DNA of 64,000 nucleotides from Actinomycetota bacterium (GTDB lineage: Bacteria > Actinomycetota > JAHEXW01): the NCBI GenBank assembly GCA_025355855.1, contig JANXYU010000003.1, positions 88,713 to 152,712 of the forward strand, given 5' to 3'. This document shows positions 38,772-48,072 of this stretch, in pieces. The notes under the pieces were generated by a model. The model was given only the letters and a program-made list of their open reading frames with translations, did no database searches and was not told where the DNA came from. A program made the translations under genes and the position numbers. The number at the start of each line of letters is the position of its first letter. The first letter of the stretch is position 1.

Positions 38772-39503
38772 TTGAATGGTCGGCCTGGTAATGTTAATTA
38801 TGAGGAGAACAACCGCATTGGGGGAATCGTGGCGAACCGAAAGAAAACAATAACAATTCTGGCAGCAGTCTTGGGGGTAATTCTCGCGATGCTCGTGGCT
38901 GGCGAGGGTGTGTATCTGGTAGTATCCGGCGAGAACAAGGCTCAAATAAACACGCTCAACAAACGTCTGGCCAATCTGGAGAGCCAACAGGCCGCGAAGG
39001 CGAAGAGCGCGGCCCAAAAAGCCGCGGCACAGTCCGCAGATCCCTACGCCGGTTGGCAAACTTACGAGAATACGACTGCCGGTTACACGCTGCGCTATCC
39101 CTCCGACTGGACCTTTGCGGAAACCTTAACGTCAGACGCTGGAGCCGCCAACTATGTCACTTTTTCCAGCGCCGGCAAAAAATACAGAGTCGCGTTCGGC
39201 TTGCGACCGGCGGGCTCGGATACCATCATTTCCGGCCGTACGGGCCTGGGACAGGGCGAAACTGTGGTTGACGGAACGATTCAGGTTCTGGGACAAACGG
39301 TTGGTAAGGCTTATCACGTCAACGGCGGCCACACGCTTGTGGTTTTTTATGGTGCCGGACTGGCCGCCAATTTTGTGGTAAACGACAACGATATCAACGC
39401 GGAATTAGACGCGCCCGGACTTACTGCAGGCAAAACGGATCTGCGCGGAACCACTGAGGAGGACATCGCAGACAAGATCGTGTCCTCGCTGGCGCTGCAA
39501 TAG
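38772..39503 (+). CDS. membrane-anchored paralog 3
   Basis: ...DPYAGWQTYENTTAGYTLRYPSDWT...GRTGLGQGE...NAELDAPGL...; closely similar to 35357..36031. The start may be the internal GTG (VANRKKTIT). Confidence 0.5.
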   Translation: MNGRPGNVNYEENNRIGGIVANRKKTITILAAVLGVILAMLVAGEGVYLVVSGENKAQINTLNKRLANLESQQAAKAKSAAQKAAAQSADPYAGWQTYENTTAGYTLRYPSDWTFAETLTSDAGAANYVTFSSAGKKYRVAFGLRPAGSDTIISGRTGLGQGETVVDGTIQVLGQTVGKAYHVNGGHTLVVFYGAGLAANFVVNDNDINAELDAPGLTAGKTDLRGTTEEDIADKIVSSLALQ

Positions 39504-39531
39504 GTCGCCGTTGGCTTCCTAAGGTCTCTAA

Positions 39532-40029
39532 CTAAAGCTCTCTGACGAACCCCGTAAAATCAGGAAGAAAACCCATGGCTGCATATGCCTTCGAAGCCTC
39601 GGGGTTAGCGAGCCAGGAATCCACTCCGACCGCGCCGCAGCCGCGGCTTTTGAACCACGCCTCCATTTCAGTCATCAACCGGCCGCCGAGACCATGCCTC
39701 CGGTGGTGCTCATCGACGAACAGATCGTCGACGTAGCCCCACATGGCGATCTGCTGGCCGGGCTCGCTTTCCACCGTGCCCAGGATATAGGCGGCCAGCC
39801 GCCCATCGCCCAAGTCGGCGACCAGTATTCGTTTGTCCGGCTGCCGCGTGCCCGCCAGCCACGTCTCGAACCCGCCCTCGGCCGGCGCGTCGAATTTATA
39901 CATCTCTGGCGGCAGTATATCCTTAATGAAGTCGCCAAACGCTTGATGCAACCGGCGCATCTCGTCAATATCCGTATGAATATACTCGCGTATCGCTATA
40001 TCGCTCATGCCCAAATTATAAACGCTCAA
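39532..40029 (-). CDS. GNAT-family N-acetyltransferase
   Basis: Acetyl-CoA-binding motif HRRHGLGGRLM. Confidence 0.7.
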   Translation of the reverse strand: MSVYNLGMSDIAIREYIHTDIDEMRRLHQAFGDFIKDILPPEMYKFDAPAEGGFETWLAGTRQPDKRILVADLGDGRLAAYILGTVESEPGQQIAMWGYVDDLFVDEHHRRHGLGGRLMTEMEAWFKSRGCGAVGVDSWLANPEASKAYAAMGFLPDFTGFVREL

Positions 40030-40102
40030 TCTCAGATACCCAAATACTCAAACAGCGCCGTAAGAACTTGCGCTGTTCGGCCCGTTAGATAATGATGTAG
40101 GC

Positions 40103-40579
40103 ATGATTAATTGGAAGAACTGCTGGAAGATAACGATTTTCGCGGGTTTGTTATTGGCGGCTCTGCCGCTACTGGCCGGGTGCGGCCTGACCACAGCGCC
40201 ACGCGGCGATGTGTCGACGCCGGCCAAGGCTCTCCTGGGACACTGGCAAGTCAAAGACGCGGGTACGACGACAAGCGACGCAGATGGTTTCTATTTCGAC
40301 GGGAAAACCGTCTACTACCGTGAGGGAACCGGAGAGACGTCGGTCACCAATCAATATCAAAATACCTACCGGGCCATAGATTCGGCGCTCGAGCCGTTCA
40401 GTATTACCATCGAGTATCAATACCAGGACTTCGTAACCGGTCAGCAGATGACGGCTCGTAAGGAGATCGTCTTCGACAGCGACAAAACCCAGTTCACATT
40501 CAACAACAACACCGACACCCGGCAAGCAAAGGAAGGACTGGGCCCCTACACCTACGTCGGCCCGGAAACGAAACCCTGA
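40103..40579 (+). CDS. lipoprotein
   Basis: Lipobox LLAGCG after a TM-like signal. Confidence 0.5.
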   Translation: MINWKNCWKITIFAGLLLAALPLLAGCGLTTAPRGDVSTPAKALLGHWQVKDAGTTTSDADGFYFDGKTVYYREGTGETSVTNQYQNTYRAIDSALEPFSITIEYQYQDFVTGQQMTARKEIVFDSDKTQFTFNNNTDTRQAKEGLGPYTYVGPETKP

Positions 40580-40843
40580 GACCAAACCCCAAGTCAAGTC
40601 ATTCGGTCATAAGAGAGCAAAACGGAAGCCTTTCAAAAACGGTCATCCTGGGTTCGCGACTTTTGCGAACGCAGGAACTGAAGCGAATCCCACTATCCAG
40701 CTAAAATCGTGCGTGGTGGATCATAGAACAAGAACATTGCCGCGACCCTAGAGAGCCAGAACCCGAATGCTAAACTAACAATTCAAGACTTGACCCTTTT
40801 TATTTTTATTGGGTGGGGGGGAGTGGGCAGCGCTAGCCGAGCG

Positions 40844-43564
40844 TCACTTTTGCGATATCTTCGCGGCTGCGACCTTTAGCTCCGGGATCTTCGCTACCGG
40901 ATCTAACGCCGGATTCGTGACCGCATTGGCCGCCGCCTCCGCGTAGTGGAACGGCATATATATAACCCCAACCGGCACATCCTCCGTTAGCCGCGCCTTC
41001 GCCGTCACGCTGCCGCGCCTCGTCGTAACCGTCACCGACCGCTTGTTCTTCACCCCGTACTTCTTCGCGTCAGCCGGATTGATGTCGACCCTGGCCTCCG
41101 GTTCGATCTCGTTTAAGCCGTCGACCTTCCTGGTCATCGTGCCTGTGTGCCATTGAGCCAGGTAGCGACCGGTGGTCAAGATTAGCGGATACTTGGCGTC
41201 TGTGACTTCCGCAGGCGGTTTGTAATCGATGGCGTGGAATTTGCCTTTGCCGCGGGCGAACGTTTCCGTGTGCAGGATTGGCGTGCCCGGATGGCCGGGC
41301 GTCGGGCAGGGCCAGTGAATGCCGCAAACTTCGATCCGATGATGGCTGATGCCGCCGTACGCGGGTGTGACCGCCGCGATCTCTTCGAAGATGGCAGCCG
41401 ATGAATGGTAGTTCATTTTGTAACCGAACTTGGACGACACCAGACCGATGATCTTCCAATCGCTCAAAGCCTCGCCAGGCGGTTGGATGGCCTTACGGAC
41501 CGGTTGGACGCGCCGTTCGGTGCTGGTGAACGTACCGGACTTCTCCGCGAAGGTCGCGGCCGGCAGGACGACGTCGGCCAGCCGCGCCGTTTCTGTCAAG
41601 AAGATATCCTGGACGACCAGGAAGTCTAGGCCTTTCAGACCGGCGATAATGTGGGCCTGGTCCGGCTCGGACAAAATGGGGTTCTCGCCCATGATGTACA
41701 TGGCGCGAATGCCGCCCTTGGCCGCCGGTGTGCCGGCCGCTCTAGTCATCTCCGTGGCCGTTAACCCGGGTTTTTTCGGCAACTTCCGGCCCCAGGCCGC
41801 CTCAAATGATTTTCGAACACCGACATCGGCGACACTTTGGTAGCCCGGGTAAACGTTCGGCAGGGCTCCCATATCGCAGGCGCCCTGGACGTTGTTCTGG
41901 CCGCGCAGGGGGTTGACGCCCATACCAGGTTGGCCGATGTTCCCGGTCATCATCGCCAGGTTGGCTAGAGTCATGACGTTGTCCACGCCGGTCGTGTGCT
42001 GAGTGATGCCCATGGCGTAGATGATGGTCGCTTTGTCCGCGCCAGCGTAGATCTCCGCCGCGCGAACGATGTCGGCCGCCGGAATGCCGGTGATTGATTC
42101 AACGTAGTCGGGCGTGTATTTTTCGACCATGGCCACGACGGCCGCGAAGCCCTCCGTCCTCTCTTTGATAAACGATTTATCGGCCAGGCCGATATCCAAA
42201 ATGACGTGCATTAAACCATTGATGAGCGCGACGTCGGTGCCCGGTTTCTGAGACAGCCACATGTCGGCGTATTTTACCAACGGGATCCGGCGCGGTTCCG
42301 CCACAATCAAACGGGCGTCTTTGTTCTTTACAGAGTCGATGATGTTCAAGCCCAGAATGGGGTGGGCCTCGGTCGTGTTCGAGCCAATGACCAGAATGAC
42401 GTCAGCCTCCCCGATGTCCTCCAGGGAATTCGTCATCGCCCCGCTGCCAAACGCCGCGGCCAGACCGGCCACCGTTGGGCTGTGTCACAATCGAGCGCAG
42501 TTGTCGATGTTGTTCGTACCGACCCCCGCGCGGGCAAACTTTTGCATCAGGTAATTCTCTTCGTTGGTACATTTGCTGGAGGAAAGGAAGCCGATGGCGT
42601 CGGCCCCGTATTCCTGTTTGGTTCTCTTCAGTCCGGCGGCGACGGCCGCGATGGCTTCGTTCCACGACGCCGGCACCAGCTCCCCGTCCTTGCGTATTAA
42701 TGGGGTGATCAGACGGTCCGGGCTGTTCACGAAACCGTAGCCGAAGCGGCCTTTCACGCACAGGTCGCCCTTGTTGACCGGAGAATCCTCCCGCGAGGTG
42801 ACGCGCACGATGTGCTGGCCGTCGGTTTCCAAGACTATGGCACAGCCAACGCCGCAATACGGACAGGTGGTGACCGTTTTCTTGAGGTCTTTGCTGCGGC
42901 CCCGGTAGCGGCTGGGCTTCTCAGTCAACGCGCCGACGGGGCAGACCGAGACACAGCGCCCGCATTGGACGCATTCGGTTTCCGGTAGGGGACGGTTAAG
43001 GGCGGACGTGACCATCGTGTCAAAGCCGCGTCCCATGTAGTCGATGACCTCGCAGAACTGGAGCTCCTGACACGCCTGAGCGCAGCGGTAACATTTCACG
43101 CATTTTTCGAAATCCCGGACAATGAACGGGTTGGCGGTATCGATGGGATAACGGTTGCGCCGCCCCCGGAAACGGGAATCGGCGACCTGATATTCATAAG
43201 CCAGGTCCTGCAGTTTACAATGTCCGCTCTGTTCGCACGTCAGACAATCGCCGGGGTGATCGGAGAGCAACAGCTCCAGCACCAGTCGGCGGGCGGCCAC
43301 GGCGCGGTCGGTATGGGTCAGCACCCGCATGCCCGATTCGGCGGGACGGGCACAAGCCGCGATCAATGGACGGCCCGGACCCTCGCCCTCCAGCTCGACG
43401 ACGCAAAGACGGCACGCGCCGGTCGGCGTGAGATGCCGGTGGTTGCACAGATGAGGAATATCGACCTTGGCCTTATGGGCGGCTTCCATGATGGACGCGC
43501 CGCGATGAATCTTTACGGGCACGTCGTTAATGAACAGGGAAACTGTATCGGACTTTCTAGCCAC
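40844..43564 (-). CDS. fdhA: selenocysteine-containing formate dehydrogenase catalytic subunit (FdhF/FdhA-like; N-terminal 2Fe-2S/4Fe-4S ferredoxin modules + Mo/W-bis-PGD domain), in-frame UGA at 42487..42485
   Basis: Two track ORFs (42485..43738 and 40844..42472) are in the same frame, separated by TGA + HSPT. The joined sequence ...[30 protein letters not shown] matches the E. coli FdhF Sec140 context NCARV-U-HGPSVAGL. The likely start is GTG 43564 with a GGGAGG RBS, overlapping the NuoF-like stop by 8 nt. Confidence 0.85.
42445..42487 (-). promoter_or_regulatory. bacterial SECIS element directly 3' of the fdhA UGA
   Basis: mRNA UGA CAC AGC CCA ACG GUG GCC GGU CUG GCC GCG; the GCC-GGUCU-GGC hairpin with GGUC apical loop is at the same register as the E. 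coli fdhF SECIS (UGA CAC GGC CCA UCG GUU GCA GGU CUG CAC). Confidence 0.65.
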
Positions 43565-45287
43565 GGTTGGCCTCCCGATTCGCGGGCCGCCGCTTGCAAA
43601 TGCCATGCGGGCATTTCTTGTGTTCGATATGGGCGACGTATTCATCGCGGAAATATCGGATGGTGGACAAGACCGGGTTGGGCGCGTTTTGGCCCAGGCC
43701 GCAGAGAGACGTGTCGCGCACCACGGCCGCCGTCTCAATCAACAGGTCGATGTCTTCAATTTTCCCGTTGCCGCCGGCGATGCGTTCCAAAATCTCCAGC
43801 ATGCGGGTAGTGCCGACGCGGCAGGGGGTGCATTTGCCGCACGATTCGGCCGCCGAAAACGCCAGAAAATAGCGGGCGATATCGACCATACAGGCGGTTT
43901 CGTCGAGAACGATGACGCCGCCGCTGCCCATGATGGCCCCGACTTTGCTCAAGGTGTCGTAGGTCACGGACAGATCCAGAAATTCGGCCGGGATACAGCC
44001 GCCGGACGGGCCGCCCATCTGAACCGCTTTGAATTCCTTACCGTCGATGATGCCGCCACCCAGGTCGAAGATGAGCTCACGCAGGGTGATGCCCATCGGG
44101 ACCTCGACCAGTCCGGTGTTGTTCAGCTTACCAGCCAGGCTGAAGACCTTTGTGCCGCGCGAGGTACCGGAGCCCATGTCGTTGTAGACATCGGCGCCGC
44201 GGCCGATGATAACAGGCACGTTGGCCAGGGTCTCAACGTTATTGATGCAGGTTGGTTGGCCCCAAAGTCCGGCTACCGCCGGATAGGGCGGGCGGGGGCG
44301 GGGTGTGCCGCGTTTGCCCTCCAAACTGGCGATCAGCGCGGTTTCTTCCCCGCAGACGAACGCGCCGGCGCCTTCCTTGACCGTAATGTCGAAGTCGAAG
44401 CCGGAGCCCAAAATGTTCTGGCCGAGCAGGCCATATTTTCGCGCCTGGTCGATGGCCAGGGTGAGATGCTCGACGGCGATGGGATATTCCGCGCGCACAT
44501 AGATGTAGCCTTCGGACGCGCCGATGGCGAAGCCCGCAATGATCATGCCTTCGATGACGGCGTGCGGATCGCCCTCCATGACGCCGCGATCCATAAACGC
44601 GCCGGGGTCGCCCTCGTCGCCATTGCAGATGAGATATTTCGGTTTGGATCTTTCCTTGCGCGCCAGGCGCCACTTCAAAAAGGTCGGGAAACCGGCGCCG
44701 CCGCGGCCGCGCAGGCCGGACGCCTCCAGTTCGTTTATGATGCCGTTGGGGGTCAACCTTATCAGGGCGCGCGCCGCCGCCGCGTAGCCGCCAGTCCGGA
44801 TGTAGGCGTCGAGGGAGCGCGGGTCGACGCGACCAAGGTTGCGCAACACGCTGCGTTCCTGCGCCTTATAGAACGGGACTTCGGCGGCTTGTGTTATCGG
44901 CTGGCCGGTGGCCGGGTCTTTGTAGGCCAGGCGGTTAATGGGTTTTTTGTTTAATATGGTCTTCTGCACTATCTCCGGAACGTCGGCCGGTTTGACCTGG
45001 CCGTAGAAGATGCTGACTGGATCGATCTCGATGACGGGCGCCTGGGCGCAGAAACCGTGGCAGCCTGTTTCAACGACTTCGATGTTCTTGCGCTCGGCCG
45101 CCGGGAGCCTGGCGATTTCTTTGGCGAGCGCCGCGGAGACCGCGTCGGCGCCTGACGCCCGGCAACCGGTCATGCAGACGCGGACCCGCGTCTTATTCGG
45201 GTCGTAAGCCGTCTGCAAACGGTTACGCAAAGCGTTGAGGTCAGTCCGCGTATTTAGTTTTTGCGTGTTCGGTACGTTCTTTGGCAC
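43557..45287 (-). CDS. NuoF/HydB-like NAD(P)H-binding flavoprotein subunit with N-terminal thioredoxin-like [2Fe-2S] and C-terminal 2x[4Fe-4S] (formate dehydrogenase beta / HylB-like)
   Basis: GRGGAGFPT, FMN/NADH motifs, C-terminal CGKCTPCR...CGLGQ; GTG start with AGGAGC RBS. Confidence 0.85.
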   Translation of the reverse strand: MPKNVPNTQKLNTRTDLNALRNRLQTAYDPNKTRVRVCMTGCRASGADAVSAALAKEIARLPAAERKNIEVVETGCHGFCAQAPVIEIDPVSIFYGQVKPADVPEIVQKTILNKKPINRLAYKDPATGQPITQAAEVPFYKAQERSVLRNLGRVDPRSLDAYIRTGGYAAAARALIRLTPNGIINELEASGLRGRGGAGFPTFLKWRLARKERSKPKYLICNGDEGDPGAFMDRGVMEGDPHAVIEGMIIAGFAIGASEGYIYVRAEYPIAVEHLTLAIDQARKYGLLGQNILGSGFDFDITVKEGAGAFVCGEETALIASLEGKRGTPRPRPPYPAVAGLWGQPTCINNVETLANVPVIIGRGADVYNDMGSGTSRGTKVFSLAGKLNNTGLVEVPMGITLRELIFDLGGGIIDGKEFKAVQMGGPSGGCIPAEFLDLSVTYDTLSKVGAIMGSGGVIVLDETACMVDIARYFLAFSAAESCGKCTPCRVGTTRMLEILERIAGGNGKIEDIDLLIETAAVVRDTSLCGLGQNAPNPVLSTIRYFRDEYVAHIEHKKCPHGICKRRPANREANRG

Positions 45288-45550
45288 CTAGCTCCTAAAG
45301 TGTGTCTCCCGATAAGAAAGACTATATCTGGCGGGTCCACCCCCACCTTTCATCCTCCCCCTTCCCGTAGGGGGAGGAAAAAACTAAACCAAAGCTCTAA
45401 AACTGTCCACCTCCTAGGAGGAGGAAATAAATATATGTACTTCCCGTTAGGGAATCGATTGCACTTCTTCTAGCGTCCCCCAAGGAGAGGCAAATATCTA
45501 GTCGCTCGTCTTAAATAATTCGACGCGCGGGTGAATCGAATACACTGTCC

Positions 45551-45644
45551 GGCGGGTGGCGCGACTGGGGGGACCCCCAGATCGCGCGCAGGCCACCGAT
45601 CGGCGAGCACGATATGGGGGAAGTCTGTCGCGACAGGACCCGCC
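45551..45644. repeat. ~90-bp TIR-bounded structured repeat (copy A): GGCGGGTG...CTGGGGGGACCCCCAG...GACAGGACCCGCC
   Basis: Read directly; aligns with copy B (46920..47010) and partial copy C (50677..50715); inside the 400-bp nuoE/nuoF spacer. Confidence 0.7.
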
Positions 45645-45690
45645 GGATTTCACTCCCGCACCTGCTCGTCACTCTTTAAGAACGCGAGCG

Positions 45691-46113
45691 TCACTTGCTC
45701 TTTCTGTACTTATCCAGCACTTCCACAGCCTTCTCCGCCGTTAGCTTCCCGTAATACTCGCCGTCCACCGTCATGACCGGGGCCAGGAAACAAGAGCCAA
45801 GGCAGGCGACGGTGTCGAGCGTGAATAGTCGGTCGGGCGTGGTCTCGCCGGGTTCGATGCCCAGCTCCGTTCGCAACCGCTTCAGCACGTCGGTACCGCC
45901 TTTGACGTGGCAAGCGGTGCCGTCGCAGACGGTGACGCGGTGCTTGCCGACCGGTTTCAGCCGGAACTGGGAATAAAAGGTCGCCACCGAATAGATCTCG
46001 GAGAGCGGCACGCCCAATTCTTTGCTGACTCGCTCAATTTTGGCCGCGGGCAGGTAGCCTTCCTTGGCTTGAACCTTTTGAAGTGTGGTGATCAGCTGCC
46101 CGCGTTCGCTCAC
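45691..46113 (-). CDS. NuoE/HydC-like [2Fe-2S] thioredoxin-fold subunit
   Basis: CDGTACHVKG...CLGSC Cys pattern of the 24-kDa subunit family. Confidence 0.85.
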   Translation of the reverse strand: MSERGQLITTLQKVQAKEGYLPAAKIERVSKELGVPLSEIYSVATFYSQFRLKPVGKHRVTVCDGTACHVKGGTDVLKRLRTELGIEPGETTPDRLFTLDTVACLGSCFLAPVMTVDGEYYGKLTAEKAVEVLDKYRKSK

Positions 46114-46115
46114 AT

Positions 46116-46889
46116 CTAATCCAGGTAAGAGTCGGCGTAGAGGATATTGCCATTAAAGACGTCGACGGTTTTGACCGTGTTCATCAATTCCCTGTCGGTC
46201 GGGTCCATGATCGCCGCGTCCAGACCGAGCGCCATCAGGCTGGATAGCATCGTGCTATCCAGCAGCGTCTTGATTGGCCCGGTTAGACCGTTGGAGGTGT
46301 TGGACAGACCGACAACTGTCTTTAGCGGTGGATCGTTCAGTTGGCGAAACAGCTTGATGGCCTCAAAAACCTGGAGCGCCTGTTCCTGCGCAACCTTGAC
46401 GGGGAGAATCAGGGGGTCGAAGTAGATACGCTCGACGTCAACGCCGTAGCCCATGGCGTTGGTCATGATGTCGACAGCGATCGCGGCGCGTTCGTTGGCG
46501 TCGCGCGGGATGCCGTTCATCATAGTAAGGCCGATGATATCGGCGTCATATTTGGCCGCTAACGGCAGATAGGCTTCCATCTTCTCCGGCAGACCGTTGG
46601 TCGAGTTGATCAGCGCCGTGCCTTTGTGGACCTTGAGCCCCGCTTCGATGGCGGCTGGGTTCATCGAATCCAGGCAGCAACGAATATCCATAGCCTCTTG
46701 GATGGTCTGGACCAGCCAGGCCATGCGCTCCGGCCCGTCTTTGGCCTGACCGATGTTGATGTCCAACATATTGGCGCCGGCGTCGACCTGCGCCTGGGCC
46801 ATAGCCAGAACCGGACCCGCGTCGCGGTCCTTCATGGCCTGCCCGATCTTCGTGTTGATAACGTTTACCTTTTCACCGATTACTAACAT
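46116..46889 (-). CDS. acsE: methyl-tetrahydrofolate:corrinoid iron-sulfur protein methyltransferase (MeTr)
   Basis: Pterin-binding TIM barrel MLVIGEKVNVINTKIGQAMKDRD...MLDINIGQ; 257 aa. Confidence 0.85.
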   Translation of the reverse strand: MLVIGEKVNVINTKIGQAMKDRDAGPVLAMAQAQVDAGANMLDINIGQAKDGPERMAWLVQTIQEAMDIRCCLDSMNPAAIEAGLKVHKGTALINSTNGLPEKMEAYLPLAAKYDADIIGLTMMNGIPRDANERAAIAVDIMTNAMGYGVDVERIYFDPLILPVKVAQEQALQVFEAIKLFRQLNDPPLKTVVGLSNTSNGLTGPIKTLLDSTMLSSLMALGLDAAIMDPTDRELMNTVKTVDVFNGNILYADSYLD

Positions 46890-46919
46890 ATTATTCTCCT
46901 TTTTTTATATATAGAACAT

Positions 46920-47010
46920 GAGCGGGTGACGTCGGTGGGGGACCCCCGCAGCGCGCGCAGGCCACCAGCCAACGAGCACGTAGTAGGGGTGACCGATGGC
47001 AGGACCCGCC
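46920..47010. repeat. ~90-bp TIR-bounded structured repeat (copy B), between metF and acsE
   Basis: GAGCGGGTGACGTCGGTGGGGGACCCCCGCAGCGCGCGCAGGCCACC...GGCAGGACCCGCC; ~70% identical to copy A with a conserved GGGGGACCCCC hairpin and GCGGGT/ACCCGC termini. Confidence 0.7.
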
Positions 47011-47017
47011 TTGTCGT

Positions 47018-47950
47018 CTACCCCATAGGCCTTGGCAGAAGACCGGCGGCCTTGACGATATCCGGCACCGCTTCTTCCCATTCTATGGCCATGACGTGTA
47101 CCCCGGCGATGCCGGGAATCGTTTTCATCTTCTCTATCAGCTCGACCGCGATGGCGATGCCTTCCTCTTTGGGCTCTCGCCCCTCATCTTTGGCCGCTGT
47201 CATCCGCGCGATATATTCATCAGGCACATCCATACCGGGTACGTTGTTTTTCATATACTTGGCCATACCCGCGCTCTTCAACGGAGATATGCCGGCCATA
47301 ATGTAGACTTTTTTGTCTAAGCCCAGCGCTCGGACCTCTTCCATCCACTTCTCAAACTTCGGCACGTTGTAGACGATCTGGGTCTGAATGAATTGGGCCC
47401 CGGCCGCGACTTTCTTGGCCAAACGCCTGGCGCGCAGCTCGAATGGATCCGCGAACGGATTCTCCGCCGCGCCGATGAATAAGTCGGGTGCGACCGCCAT
47501 TTCCTGCCCGCCCAGCAATTTCTTATCATCCCGCATGGCTTTCACCATTTGCAGCAGCTGGATAGAGTCGAGGTCCCAGACGCCCTTGGCCTGGGGATGA
47601 TCGCCGAATTTCTGGTGGTCGCCGGTCAGGCAGAGGAGGTTCTTCGCGCCCAGCGCCGCCGCGCCCAGAATATCGGCCTGCATCGCCAGCCGGTTACGGT
47701 CGCGGCAGGTCATCTGGACAACCGGCTCCAAACCCTCATCTATCAGGAGCTTTGCCGCCGCGATGCTGGACATCCGCACGATAGCGGTCTGGTTATCGGT
47801 GATATTGACCGCGTCGGATTGGCCTTTTAATAATTTGGCTTTCTCGATGACAACCGAGGCGTCGGCGTCCCGGGGCGGACCCAGCTCTGACGTCACGGCA
47901 AATTTGCCTGATTCTAAGACCCTTTGTAAATTACTCAAGGTAAACCTCAC
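47018..47950 (-). CDS. metF: 5,10-methylenetetrahydrofolate reductase
   Basis: MRFTLSNLQRVLESGKFAVTSELGPP...; 310 aa MTHFR TIM barrel. Confidence 0.85.
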   Translation of the reverse strand: MRFTLSNLQRVLESGKFAVTSELGPPRDADASVVIEKAKLLKGQSDAVNITDNQTAIVRMSSIAAAKLLIDEGLEPVVQMTCRDRNRLAMQADILGAAALGAKNLLCLTGDHQKFGDHPQAKGVWDLDSIQLLQMVKAMRDDKKLLGGQEMAVAPDLFIGAAENPFADPFELRARRLAKKVAAGAQFIQTQIVYNVPKFEKWMEEVRALGLDKKVYIMAGISPLKSAGMAKYMKNNVPGMDVPDEYIARMTAAKDEGREPKEEGIAIAVELIEKMKTIPGIAGVHVMAIEWEEAVPDIVKAAGLLPRPMG

Positions 47951-48072
47951 TTTTTCGTTAGCCGCTAGAACTTTGTAGCTGCCAGTCTTTATGACCGGCA
48001 GTCGAGCGCCGACCTAAAGGACGGCGCCTACCCGTTGTCGCGGAGGATTCACCGTATAATTTCTACTCTTTA

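Noticed and set aside
40844-43738. Formate dehydrogenase appears split into two ORFs (possible pseudogene or frameshift)
   Set aside because: The two ORFs are in the same frame, separated by a single TGA followed by the conserved HSPTVAGL and a SECIS-like hairpin. This is the signature of selenocysteine read-through, not of gene decay.
43530-44954. Long antisense ORFs (43530-44954 +, 53129-53647 +, 16538-17038 +, 5401-5847 -, 35054-35356 + and similar) opposite well-supported genes
   Set aside because: They are stop-codon-poor reverse frames of high-GC coding DNA. Their translations are Arg/Ala/Gly-rich without motifs, and the opposite-strand genes have strong family signatures.
45353-45378. 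G5/C5 hairpin as a rho-independent terminator between nuoE-like and nuoF-like genes
   Set aside because: It has no U-run 3' of the stem on either strand. It was kept as an unexplained structural element rather than called a terminator.
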